Below are positions 34,302 through 47,100 of a stretch of 64,000 bases of DNA, piece after piece. The stretch is from the NCBI GenBank assembly GCA_043228905.1, contig JBHGNT010000002.1:27528001-27592000 (forward strand), given 5' to 3'. This DNA comes from Azolla caroliniana. Its lineage: Eukaryota; Plantae; Polypodiophyta. A program made the position numbers and the translations under genes. The first letter of the stretch is position 1. The number at the start of each line of letters is the position of its first letter. The notes below the pieces were generated by a model. That model was not told where the DNA came from. It did not search any database and worked only from the letters and a program-made list of their open reading frames with translations.

Positions 34302-34875
34302 TTTTTCTTTTTTTTTAATTCCAAAAAAGAATATACCCCATTAGTTAAAATATACACAAACTCGATCCCTTTCTTAGGTAGGCCGTGCCAAGACTATCCT
34401 ATCCTACATAAGAGATCTCGCTTATTTATCTTACACTTTCACATATGTCTTTAGCCATCCTTTCATACACTTCACCTACATTCACTATCCCACATGCCAT
34501 GTCTTTCACACCCCTCGTTCAACTAATGGGAGGGGGGAACAACCATTTGGGTACTTCATATTTCCATAGTATATCCATTCCATTTGTTGTTGCCATCGGT
34601 GTAGTACACCATCGCTTTCGAAAACTCAGCCTCATTAGTTTTGCATCATCATCAATACCATCAATCCGTTCATATTGAGCTCTTAGTGTAGTTATTAATG
34701 TGTGCCAGATAAGCTTAATTGATTCAGTTGGAGGGTGTTTGTGTGTTGAAAATACCCTAGTGCACCTAGTTGTCCATATACACCATATAGTAATGGGGGC
34801 AAACAACGTCCAAAGATCTCCAAGTTTTTGATTCTGTGCACAAGCTGTAGGTACCTTGTTGTCAGTGATTAGCTG
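34302..34875 (-). mobile_element. L1 3' fragment (different subfamily) on the minus strand
   Basis: ORF 34519-34806 (IWCIWTTRC..ESIKLIW..WKYEVPKWLFPPPIS) parallels the C-terminus of the 30.6-kb L1. It ends TAACTAATGGGGTATATTCTTTTTTGG followed by an A-rich tail (T-run at ~34302-34316). The 5' boundary is approximate. Confidence 0.85.
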
Positions 34876-35814
34876 AATAATGCCATTCTCCCCTTTGTAC
34901 TATTGTTTCACTTCATTGTCAAGTTGTGCTAGAACTATGTGTAGTTTGTATCTCAATAGCTTTTCGAAATGCTCTTTCGCAATGAAAGCTTTTAATTGTC
35001 TATTATCCATTTTAGGTGGCAACATTATCTCCTCACTTTGCCTCTGCATGGTTTCTCTTAACAAAACCAAGTAGCTCATGTTCAAGGTTTCATATATTTG
35101 TCATGAAAATCCATGCGTTAAAAAACCACTTTAGTTCCATTTATCATATTTGACCTTTGAGGATGACAAAAAAACCTATGTGTCTATCTCTTTAACCCAC
35201 TAAAATGACTTTGTGACATAATTTCCAAAGTTAAGTTTCAAACTCAGTAGAATAATTCTCAAATCAAGATTAAAGGAGTTTGTACTCAAGCTATACTCAT
35301 ATTTACCAATAAGTAAAGGTTAAAGAAAATTCCAAAATAATATCCTAGAGGTTTTATTTGTCTTGCTAAATGTCCATGAGTTTTATGTATTTTCCCAAAC
35401 AGAGTAAATGCAAATGAACTAAGGATATAATGGAAAATTTAGCACAATAACTTACAATATAATTATTCAAATAATACATGCTAGTATTCGAGTCGAGAGG
35501 GGGTTTACTTTGGGAAATAGCAAAATGGTATACATTACCATGGCTCAAATGCCCTAGATGTAATACATTACTATAGCTCCATTTGACACCTATTATAGTT
35601 ATAAATGGCTAGTCTTGTTGTGAGTCGTGACCTTATCCCTGGCTCTCTTATTAGAGATTTCTTTATGTACAAGTAGGAGAGCACCCATCACACTATTTCC
35701 ATGAGTTTTTACTGAAAATGTCTCTCATACTTAAACTTGAGTGGCTGGTTTAGTAGTGTGTGTGTATATATATAGTTATATATATTGCAATGTGTCTAGG
35801 GAATATATTGTAAT

Positions 35815-35970
35815 TGCTGGACTGTTTTCTCTAAGTTGGAGTACATAGATTTGTTTCCTCAACTGTTGTCTACACAAGACGGGCTTGGGAAAAAATACTT
35901 TGTATGATGTAACCGTTATGACCTTTCTTTATAACTAATGGAAGGATAATTTGTTTTGAAAAAAAAAACA
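35815..35970 (+). mobile_element. Short retroposed L1-type 3' end, sister of 25260-25420
   Basis: Sequence similarity to 25260-25420 and the TAACTAATGGAAGGATAATTTGTTTTG-A(n) end. Confidence 0.7.
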
Positions 35971-38894
35971 AAAAATTATGACGATGATGATGATGTCGGG
36001 CATGGAAGAAAACTAAATAAATTATGCATTGGTTTTAAATTCAATGAGCAAATTGAAAAAGAAAAAGGTGGAAAAAGGGGCTACAAATATAAATATGTAC
36101 TATAAACATGGGAGAGAACTAAAAAATTTCCAAGGACATCGAGAGAGTACTTGGGTAAGTGCACCTAAAGTGTTTCTTCGATCTATAAAGGTCCTCGAAT
36201 GAATAAGATTGTGGAAATGTACAACACTAGAGTAAGTAGTGTATGTGTTCTGTCTATCTCTCTTTGTATGTTCCTTGGGCTCATGTCCCGACCTCCTCCT
36301 GAATCTTCTTCTTCTGAATCTTCCACTTCTGAATCTTCTTCACCTCATAATGTGCTGCAAATTCTAAAAAGACTACAAATTGAACCAACATAATGGATAA
36401 CTTTGAATGCTCGAGCTTTTGGCATGCTCCCCGGTTGTAGTCTGACCTCTCTCTCTCTCTCTCTCTTCAAATAGCCTTTCTCATCATTTTCACAAAAATT
36501 TGTTCTTCAACTTACACAATTTTCCCATATTATATTTACAAATCACAATTGCTACATTCCTATAACTTAAGAGGGGGGATTCCATACAAAGATGCACAAT
36601 TTTCAACATTGCTATATTCTCTTGAAAGTTCGTTCAAAGACACTTGGAAGTTGGTAGTTTTTTATATATAGAGATTGATCCCTATAGTAATCACACACTA
36701 ACGCACTCAAATATTTGTGAGTGATGATTACATTATGTGGTTCTTAAGTAGCAATGTGCATGAAAAAACCTACCTAGTTTCTACATGATGTGCTCATTAC
36801 TTCAATTGCATACCATTAGAGTATATGAATAAAATGTAAAAGAAGGACATTGATTAAATTTTAATGATATCACAGTCCAATGGCATCATTTTAAGTCTTC
36901 AAGTTAAATATCCAAATTGGTAGCATATTTTACACACTTATTACTCAATGGTGTCTTTGTTTATAACGTGTCAATTAGAAGGGGAAACTTAATTAGTAAA
37001 GTTGTAAGCCTTATTCGAACCATGCTCAAGTAATGTGATGATGAAACAACATACATATGTTGAGACACCCCTCAATAAAAGTTGAAATGTGGAGAGGATG
37101 GGGTTAGAAACCATTTCTTCATGATATTTGACATCGAACTAATTGTGGGGTAATCACACTCAAGTTCATTATCCATTGGATTTTCACCACACGTGAATGC
37201 ACAAGTTTTTGAGCCATCATCTGCTTTCATGATTATCTAAGGTACCTTATTTCATTATCATGGTGTGAGGGAAGGTTGGTAAGGGAAACATACTCAAGTT
37301 TCAAAAACTATAATTCCTCGCAAGTTATGTTCAATAATTAAAACATTCATTCGATACCTTATCTCCATTCAATCAAGAGTGGTACCAAGGGCTAGTTTTG
37401 GTCCTTGAATTGGAAGTAACTCCTAGACCTCTATCATAACATCATGTCTTATGAGATAGTTGCTCACTGAAACTTTTGCCAAATCCATCAAGATGGTACC
37501 GAGTCACAAATCAAGGATAAATAGATCCTGATTTTTCGTTGACAAGAAAGTTTTGCAACTTCAAGCTTCAAGGGTAAAAACATGGCCTCCCTTGGTACCT
37601 ACGCATTATTAGGGACATCCCTATACATATTGCTTTTGATATGTTACTAGCACCATCCCAATTTTAAGAAGACAAACATTCGCTTCACATAATACACAAA
37701 GACACAAGTGCACAAAACACATTGGTCTTATATGTTTTCCATGTGTATATCAAGATGCCTACAATTAAATACATAGTGACATGAATCGTCGCTTGGAGTT
37801 TCTCAAACAAAAAGTACACACTTGCACAACATGAAGAAGTTTTTCTCCACTTCTTTACCAACTCCATGGTGAAAGGTCAATAGGTTGGCGAAATAAGCCT
37901 TGTCTTGTGTAGGGTTCTTCAAGTTAGAATCTCCATGGAGCTACAACTCAGGAAAACAAGTGATTAAATTCTAGAAGTTGTATATTTATTTATCTCTTTC
38001 TTTCTTTTTCCATGTATCTATTTTCTTCACTATCTTATGCATTTTATTTATCTATTGGTGTTGTAATGTGAGATTAGATTGCTAATAGTTATTTATATTA
38101 TCAATTCTTAATCTAGACTCTCAAAGTTTAGTCTTTTGGATTATGTCTCATTTAGAATGCACATGTCGGCTTTATCCTCCCAACATCAACACATCATCGA
38201 TCATTTACCTTGTCTACAATTGTTACATTGAGCATGTTGGTTCTATCAACATCACCCTATGGACATCAACATGGCAACACCACGTGTCAAGCATGAGCAC
38301 CCCCCCCCTTGTGTGTGTGTGTCAAAAATCTATTTGTCACCTTCTTGGGTGACTCTCAAAGCTCCTCATTATACATGGTATGTGTGTGGGCACACATACA
38401 CAACTTAATTGTTTCCAATGTATCGTGACATCTTCAATGATATAGTTCATGCCCCCCACTCATCAGTGATCACTGATCACATCTTCAGTCTTTTTCGAGG
38501 GGCAGCTTTTTTACATCCCATTCACAAACTAATTATTATACAACCTTCTAAATTTCTCATCATCACATCCACACCTTATGTCACTAGTGCATGCCTTCAT
38601 TCATTCTACTAGCACTTGCATTTACTTTAAGATTTCTCAATCCTAGCTTTTCTTTTCTTGTTGCCATTGTGTTGCTCTCTCTCTCTCTCTCTCCCCCTCT
38701 CTCTTTCTCTCGTGCACTAGGCCTAGTCACTGTAGCTAAGTTACAACACATCAAAAGCGTTCGATTTGTGTGTTATGTGTGTGATGCTTTTCATCATTGG
38801 TGCATGCTCCTTTGAGTAGAATAAAAGAAGCAATTGTCTCTCTCAACCTTTATGTCCTCTAGAAACTCACTCTATTTCCCTCTCAACAGAGTTA

Positions 38895-38940
<46 letters not shown>

Positions 38941-39183
38941 GCATTTATTAACCAAATGAGAGAAAGAGACAACTTCCTTGTCCATGGGTGGGATCATTAT
39001 AAGACAGACATGAATCATAACCATTAAAATCATAAGAAGAAGAAGGAGAAGAAGCTCATGAGTCTTGATTAACATTTTCTCCCAACACCACTAGAAACAT
39101 ATTCTTCTTCTCACTATAGTAAGCAAACCTCACTAACAACTACAACCATAGTTTGCCTTGTTATTACTTGATGCCAATCAGTC

Positions 39184-41732
39184 ATGGCTCTTCACAACTC
39201 TTCCAAAGACATGAATGTTCTCAACGCATTTATTGGGCCATGCACGAATGATAGTAATAATAACCATTGTAATTACAAGAGTAGTGTTATGGCAAACTCT
39301 CACTTGATGAACCATAACAACAATAACTACAACTACAACAACAACAATAACCACCACAATCACTACAATATAAATCAAGCTAGTTGTGCAACAACTAATG
39401 CAAATGCGACAAATGTCGACTCTAGTGGTAAGTATGTGAGATATAGTGCCGAACAAGTTCAAGTGCTCGAGCTTCTCTACAACGAGTGCCCGAAACCTAG
39501 CTCCCTCCGACGCCAACAACTTGTAAGGGACAACCCCCTCCTACAAAACATCGAGCCTAAGCAGATCAAAGTCTGGTTCCAAAATCGAAGGTACTCCTCT
39601 CACTAATTATGATGAATGTATTATGCATAGTATGTATGTGTCTAAATATATAGCCATTGATGTATAATATGTATGTATGTAGCCATGGATGTGAAATATG
39701 TATGTATGTATGTATGTAGCTATGGATATACAATGTGTATGCATTTGTGTAGCTGCCATGGATGCACAATGTGTATGTAATATGTATATATGTATGTATG
39801 TATGTAGCTGCCATGGATGCACAATGTGTGTTTATGTATGTATGTAACTGCCATGGATGCACAGTATGTATGTATGATAAGGTACCCTGATTCTAATCCA
39901 CCTTCAAGCTTCATCATTTCATGTGTTATATGATCTGGAGCTCTGTCTCATGGTGAACATGATGATCTTAGATGCCGTGAGAAGCAGAGGAAAGAGTCGT
40001 GTCGCCTCCAGACCGTAAATTCGAAGCTCAATGCGATGAACAAGCTTCTGATGGAAGAAAACGATCGACTCCGCAAGCAAGTGGCTCAGATGTTGTATGA
40101 GAATGGCTACATCAAACAACAATTGCAACAAGTTGTGACCTGATCATATCTCTGTCATTGTCACTTGATTTCTGTGTTTTCTTATGAAAAACATCACATT
40201 TAGGATTAAAGCCCAATGACAAATTACACACAATTTACATGAAGGCGATAATCGTGTATTATATTTTGAATTAGAGCCCTGCACTTATATCCTTGAATTT
40301 CCATAACAGTTGAACGAGTGCCATGTGTTATCATACACTAATGGACCTAATATTTAACCCTCTAATATATCAAACTATAGATCTGATCTATATTATCTTT
40401 CAGATCAAATGTTTGTCTAAGAGCTAATTACATGCCTCCTATGCAGCCTGACCAGCTAATTGACTACATCCTAACTGCATGATTACAATTATGTTCTTCA
40501 ATAGAAGATTATGAGCATATCACTCATACAGTTTTGATCTTATTCAATCTGTGATGCGAAAATGTCCAACGACTTCTTGTTATAACTTCATGAATTAAAT
40601 GCGAAGAAAATTTTGCTCACGTTCCATGAATTTTCTATGTTCTCTGTTTGTAAAGAAAAAAAATGGACACCTAATTGTAAGAAAGGAAGAATGGTTAATG
40701 TTCTTTAAAAGAATGGCTGCATATTTATCTGTAAGGATCGGCACCAGCAATTACCACTTTAGAATTAAGCAGAGGAGGGAAAATTATTAAGGATGTGTGT
40801 ATATATATATAATGTTAACATGTATGTATGGAATGCTGCAGCTATTAAATGCAGTATAGTTTATGATTAAGATCTAGAAATTTGGTCATGGATGATTGAT
40901 TTATGTAAGTGTTGAGGCCGAATTGTAGGGTGGCATCACAACTGATACAAGTTGTGAGTCTGTTGTGACTAGTGGGCTTCAACATCATCAGCATCATCTT
41001 GCAACTGTAGCAGCTGCCCAACAATCACCACAAGATGCCACTTTCTCAGGGTATGCAGAAACAAAATTTAGCTCAGAAAAATCTGAGGTTCCTACTTCAA
41101 GTTAATGGAAAACTTTGCTACAGTTTTTGTTGTGGACCTGTATGTAAACCTAGAAATTCCCTCACTAAATAGTTACTATGGATGCATCATCATGCTTTAA
41201 TGCTTTTGTAACCATATTGTGGACTTAGTAGAATCCTGGCTCTAGCTGAGGAAATCCTCCATGAATTCCTTGGAAAGGCAACGGGAACAATTGTGGATTG
41301 GGTGCAGATGCATGGGATGAAGGTGAGCTTATATCATACGTATGAAATACGAAATACATACATATGTATATATATACACACGCTTGTATACGTATAGATG
41401 CATACATCCTTACATACACAGTACATACATACATGCAGCATGCATGCATGCATGCATGCACATCTTAGTTATATATGTAGATGCATGACTGCATATGCAC
41501 ATGTATACGGTATATGTAATGGATGTATATTGTATACGCACATAATACATGCCGACATATATGCATATATCCATATGTGAATATACACATACCTACATCG
41601 GATTAATATAAAATCTGAACTGCCAAGGCTGTCCATCTTAATCTTTGATTAGGGCTCAGTGATTTATGTATATATGCCTTGTATTATTGCAAATATATAT
41701 AGTGTTATAATTTTAATGCATACATATACATA

Positions 41733-41769
<37 letters not shown>

Positions 41770-43594
41770 CTTATTATGTATGCCATGAATTATATCAGTA
41801 ATACTGCTATAAATCTCATGAACCTTGCAACGCCATGATCTGTGTCTCAGCCTGGTCCGGATTCAACAGAGATGCTGCACATTTTGAATGCCGGCACCGG
41901 AAATATAGCCGCCCGAGCTTGTGGATTGGTGAATATGCAACCGCCCAAATTGGTAGGACCGCGAAAGTGGGTCTATTATAATAACAAGCTCAGATTCATG
42001 ATTAGCCAAACTTCTGTTACTAATTTAAACTTAACCTTGCATCATGGTGATGCAGCTCACAAGGAATCAGTAAAATCCACTTGAGTAAGTACACTTTGCA
42101 CATACTAATTAATTGATCACAATGTATAGATTGTGGATGTGATCAAGGATAAACCTATTTGGTATCGTGATTGTCGCCGATTAACTGCCATGCTTGCCAC
42201 CACCACCGCGTCTGGGGGTACAATCGAGGTCCTTTATACACAAGTAAAGCAACGAATCTCATCGGGCTTAAATTGCATCGACTATATAATTTTTCATGAA
42301 AATATAGATTTATATTAAATGGAAAACAGGAGTGTACCAAAATCGAATAAAAAATTCAGTGATTTCTAATGTGGTGTTGTTGTTAATGTAGATGTATGCT
42401 CCTACCACATTGGCTCCTCCCAGGGACTTCTACACATTGAGATATACCTCCCCATTGGAAGATGGAAGCTATGTAGTAAGTCCAATGGAGTAATATCATC
42501 ATGCTTTTTGAATTATCGTATGTTTCTCTAAAACTTGAATTATTCATGACCATATTGCAGTCGGAATTATATACAATCTGGCTTTATAATGTTAATGTAT
42601 ATTATTCATGCTATTGTTTGCATGATGTCGTGGCTAATTAAGATGAGGCATGAATACCTTGTGATGTTGCCTTATAATATTGTTGGGAAACATCAAGAAA
42701 GTAGTGACATCTTTGAAACCTACTCAGCAAATATTATGTTTGAAGAACTTGTTGTGCAGTAGTATGCACTTTTACCCTAATGAATCCAATGTGCATGGGC
42801 CGCCTATATCCAATATATAAATTTGAGTCAGCAATGTGCTTGTATTTAATGGATTTCGCTGTGTTCGATGATTCTGATAACGGAATCTGGGATTATAATA
42901 CATTTTTGTTGTTATGCAGGTATGCGAGCGATCTGTGAGTGCATCAAATGGTGTTGCACCCATGGCACCCCAAGTGCAACCTTTTATCAGGGCAGAAATG
43001 CATGCTAGTGGGTGCTTAGTCAGACCCTGCGATGGGGTGGGATCCATTGTTATAATTGTGGATCACATGGACTTGGAGGTACAATTCATGAATGCAGACC
43101 ACAAATATGTAACATCATTATAATGTCGTATGGAGGAAAAACAAAAACATTAGAATCAGATAAAACCTTCAACCTTTTCTTTCTTTGGCCACATTATACC
43201 TCCGAATTGTCATTTGGATTTGAATTTTCATGTAGGCCATGACGGTTCCGGAGGTGTTGAGGCCACTCTTCACTTCTTCGACACTCTTAGCACAAAGACA
43301 AACCGTCGTAGTAAGATGAAAAAGGGCTTAATATATAGTTATACCCCAATGCTCTCATAATCAAATTATGTATATCTATATATATATATGATCATTAATG
43401 TGAAAGAATCCATTTCATCAATTGATTCTAGCCATATTTCGGTTGTATATTTGTTTTTAACTAGGCCCTAAAGCATTTGAGACATCTAGCAGAAGAAAGT
43501 AACACTATTGCACAATCTCCTTCAGCGGGACAGCAACGTCCGACTGCAGTTCGGTCACTTAGCCACAGATTGATGAGGTAAGAACAATTTGTTA

Positions 43595-43626
<32 letters not shown>

Positions 43627-44088
43627 AATATAATATATGTATTGTGAAAGATCAGAGAGAGAGAGATTATTACTAGAACATTTGCATCAAAGTTTGTTTA
43701 CATCATGCACCATCATAATTTGATTATAGAGGATTCAACGATGCCGTAAATGGATTTGCCGATGATGGTTGGGCCCCGGTCGCAAGCACTCATGGCCAGC
43801 TTGATGACATAACCATTGCGGTTAAATCACCCCCTAATTACAGCAGCAGCAGCAGCAACAACAACAACAACAGGTCACAGTTGGGTGCTCCTGCACATAA
43901 AGGAATATTATGTGCAAAGGCATCCATGCTATTGCAGGTGAGTTGAGATGAAAAGCTCAGTAATTATCATGGGCTGTTGTATGTACATTTGTTTGATGCA
44001 ATCATGTTGTGCATTTTTTTCACCTCATAATGAAGTTTCTCACTAACAATATAAACAGACTGCATGCATTGATCCTGTGCAATACATG

Positions 44089-44125
<37 letters not shown>

Positions 44126-47100
44126 TGTGTGTATGTCTATTGAAAAGGAAAAATCTCACCAATATCGGAGACATGATGGTCTTGGCAGAATGTGCCACCT
44201 TCTCTACTTATTCACTTCCTGCGAGAGCATCGATCCGAATGGGCAGATAACACTTTGGAGGAGGCAATGAAGATGGGCAACCCAGGGTTTTCGTGTTTAA
44301 ATAGTGGCCTAGGCACCATTAACTCCAAATGCTTGCAACCTCAGATTCATACACTCAGCGAAGATGAAGTAATACTCTTGAAATCACTTCTCATCATCCA
44401 CATTTTCTAATTGTCACAGTATACACTCAATGGATTATTGTTTCCAAGAAGCTTAATAGTCAGTTTTATGACATTAACTTCAAATAATTTTTTTTGTCTA
44501 GTTTTTAGAGCTTATAAAGATGGAAGTTTGTACTGAAGATGAAGGCTCCAGAGACATGTTTCTACTTCAGGTCAGTGACTGCATTAACATGCAGCTAAAT
44601 TATTGGCCAACTAATGGATCACCTTGATTGCTGCAATATTCATGATGATGATGTTCAAATTAGGGGCATTGATTTTCCTGACATGAGTTCAATATAATTA
44701 CATGCGAAAAGAGCATGTAACATTATGTCGAATGTACAGCCGTAATGTAATTGTATCAACATGCAGAGAGCATTTTTTGTCTGGTTTTGTTTTTTGTTTT
44801 CACTAGTTGTGTAGCGGATTGGACAATAGTCGAGGTTGTGCTCAGATGGTGTTTGCACCCGTGGATGCCAGCATTTCGGAGGATGTCGCGTTGATCCCGT
44901 CAGGATTCAGCGTGATGCCCCTTGCAACCCGCCATGATCACATATTGGTATAAAACCCTACAAAAACCTCATTCACTTCTCCAACTCTAAGTTTGCACTA
45001 ATATTAATCCACTGCAAGCTGGGGTTTTTTCTTTATGTTTTGTATGTTACATGCAGAACATGCAGGGGAGACATTAGAAACCCCACTTTCCTTACACATC
45101 CTTTGCTATTTCTCAAATACATTTTCTTTGTTTTCTTCTGTCTAAACCCTTCTGTGGTGAAATTACTAGCCCACTTTCTCTATTATTGCTCAAACCTTTC
45201 CTTACATTGGTTAAGTATATTCCCCATGTCCAAAGATCATAATGTGATTCCGTTCTGAATCCACATTAATGTTATCATAACAGCCCAATGCAAACCATGT
45301 CAAAGATTAAATTTGTCATCTCAAACATCCCTAAGAGTGCATTAGTCATCAAAGATTTAATTATATAACAAGGGGCATTAGTTAAAATATGTGGCGGATG
45401 TGATCCTTTCCGAATGCTGATTACAGGATTCAAGCACTAGTAGCACGCAAGCGGTGAGCAGCTCAATGAGGACGTTAGACTTAGCATCTTCATTAGAAGT
45501 GGGGTCTGCAGATGATGATGATTATAGTGCAGCTCAACAACATGGACCATCTCTTAGCATGCTCAAACACATCATGACCAACGAGCACCATCACCATCAT
45601 GGGGACAAGAAAATAAATATCCAAAACAGTAATAACGATGGTGATGGCGATGGCGATGGCGATGGCGATTGTCACATGAACCTGAATAGAGCGGTGCTAA
45701 CCATAGCATTTCAGTTCAACTATGTTGTTGATCAAATGGGACATCATCATCGTGAGGAGGAGACCATGAAGGGCGTTGCGCTAAGTGCAAGGCAATATTT
45801 GCAGAGTGTGCTGTCCACAGTGCAGAGAGTTGCCATGGCTATGGCGCCTTCTCTTCCTTCTTCTCCTTATCATCATCATAATACTACCTTCTCTGCAGCA
45901 ACCCAACATGACGAAGACCTCCTCCTTGCAAGTTGGATATGCAAGAGCTACAAGTTAGTCTCTCTCTCTCTCTCTCTCTTTGAATATATCTGCGTGTGCA
46001 TCATGAATGCATGCATGTATGTATGTATGCATGCATGCATGTGAGTATATGTATGTATGCATGCATGTATGATGTATGTCATGAATATGATATGTCATGT
46101 GAGTATATGTATGTGCATGCATGTATGTCATGTCATGTGAGTATATGTATGTATCTATCATGTATGTAAGTATGTATAAAAAAAACCAGTAAATTAGTTC
46201 CACCCACCATCCTTACATGGATAAAAAGACCAGTACATTAGTTTCTCCTCCAAATCCACGACAACCGCATCGTCGCAATTTAGCAATACCCTGGCTTGAA
46301 ATTTTCGAGACACCCCTGGATTAATTTTAAGGCATAACTAAACTTCCCAAAGTTAGATCAACATTATATTACTACTTTTCCAAACACGTAAAGTATCTCC
46401 CTTTTAAGTGTCGAGCCGACACAAACTTGTTGGTGATGCTAATTACATTGCACAAAACAGTTCGTCGCGTGAATACAGTGTTTGGGTTGTATGTTTTGCA
46501 AGATAATGTTAATCACATCAAATGTAGGGCAAACTCTTCCTTCACCATTGGCCTAACTAACCAAAGTGTAAAGTACGAAACATGGGTTGTTCAATTATAT
46601 TTCAGGCCTCATTTATGCAACACCACCTAAATATTTGCATCTTGAGGCTTAAACTCGAGCTCATCTGGTGGAAGTTTTTATATTAGCCACTTGACAAACA
46701 AACCTTTGTGTGTGTACCCTTGCTTGCAAATTGGTTTATTGGGAATAAAATCATTTGGTGCTATTTCACCACTCTGCTCTTTTTTCTCACATGACACACT
46801 TGTATAAACAATGTGATGCAAATTGACCCTTGTTCGTATAATGTTTTGAGACAGAGAATTTTCAATTTTATAAGACAACAAATATGGTCATCACAACAAG
46901 TAAATTGATACTCTTCTCTATTAATTGCATCCTAGGAAACCAAACTTTCAAACTCAAGCTCTTTCAAATATGGGTTGCTATTAGAGAGGCATTGTTAATT
47001 AGATGTCATATTCTTCTATACATCGAGACAAGTCACACATATATAAATACCTAAATGCAATTAAGCATGGCTCACAGTAATCACCGTCATGGAAATCCAT

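Noticed and set aside
36199-36393. Ser/Glu-rich short ORF (acidic EEDSE repeats on the minus strand)
   Set aside because: Low-complexity repeat with no consistent exon partners or recognisable family.
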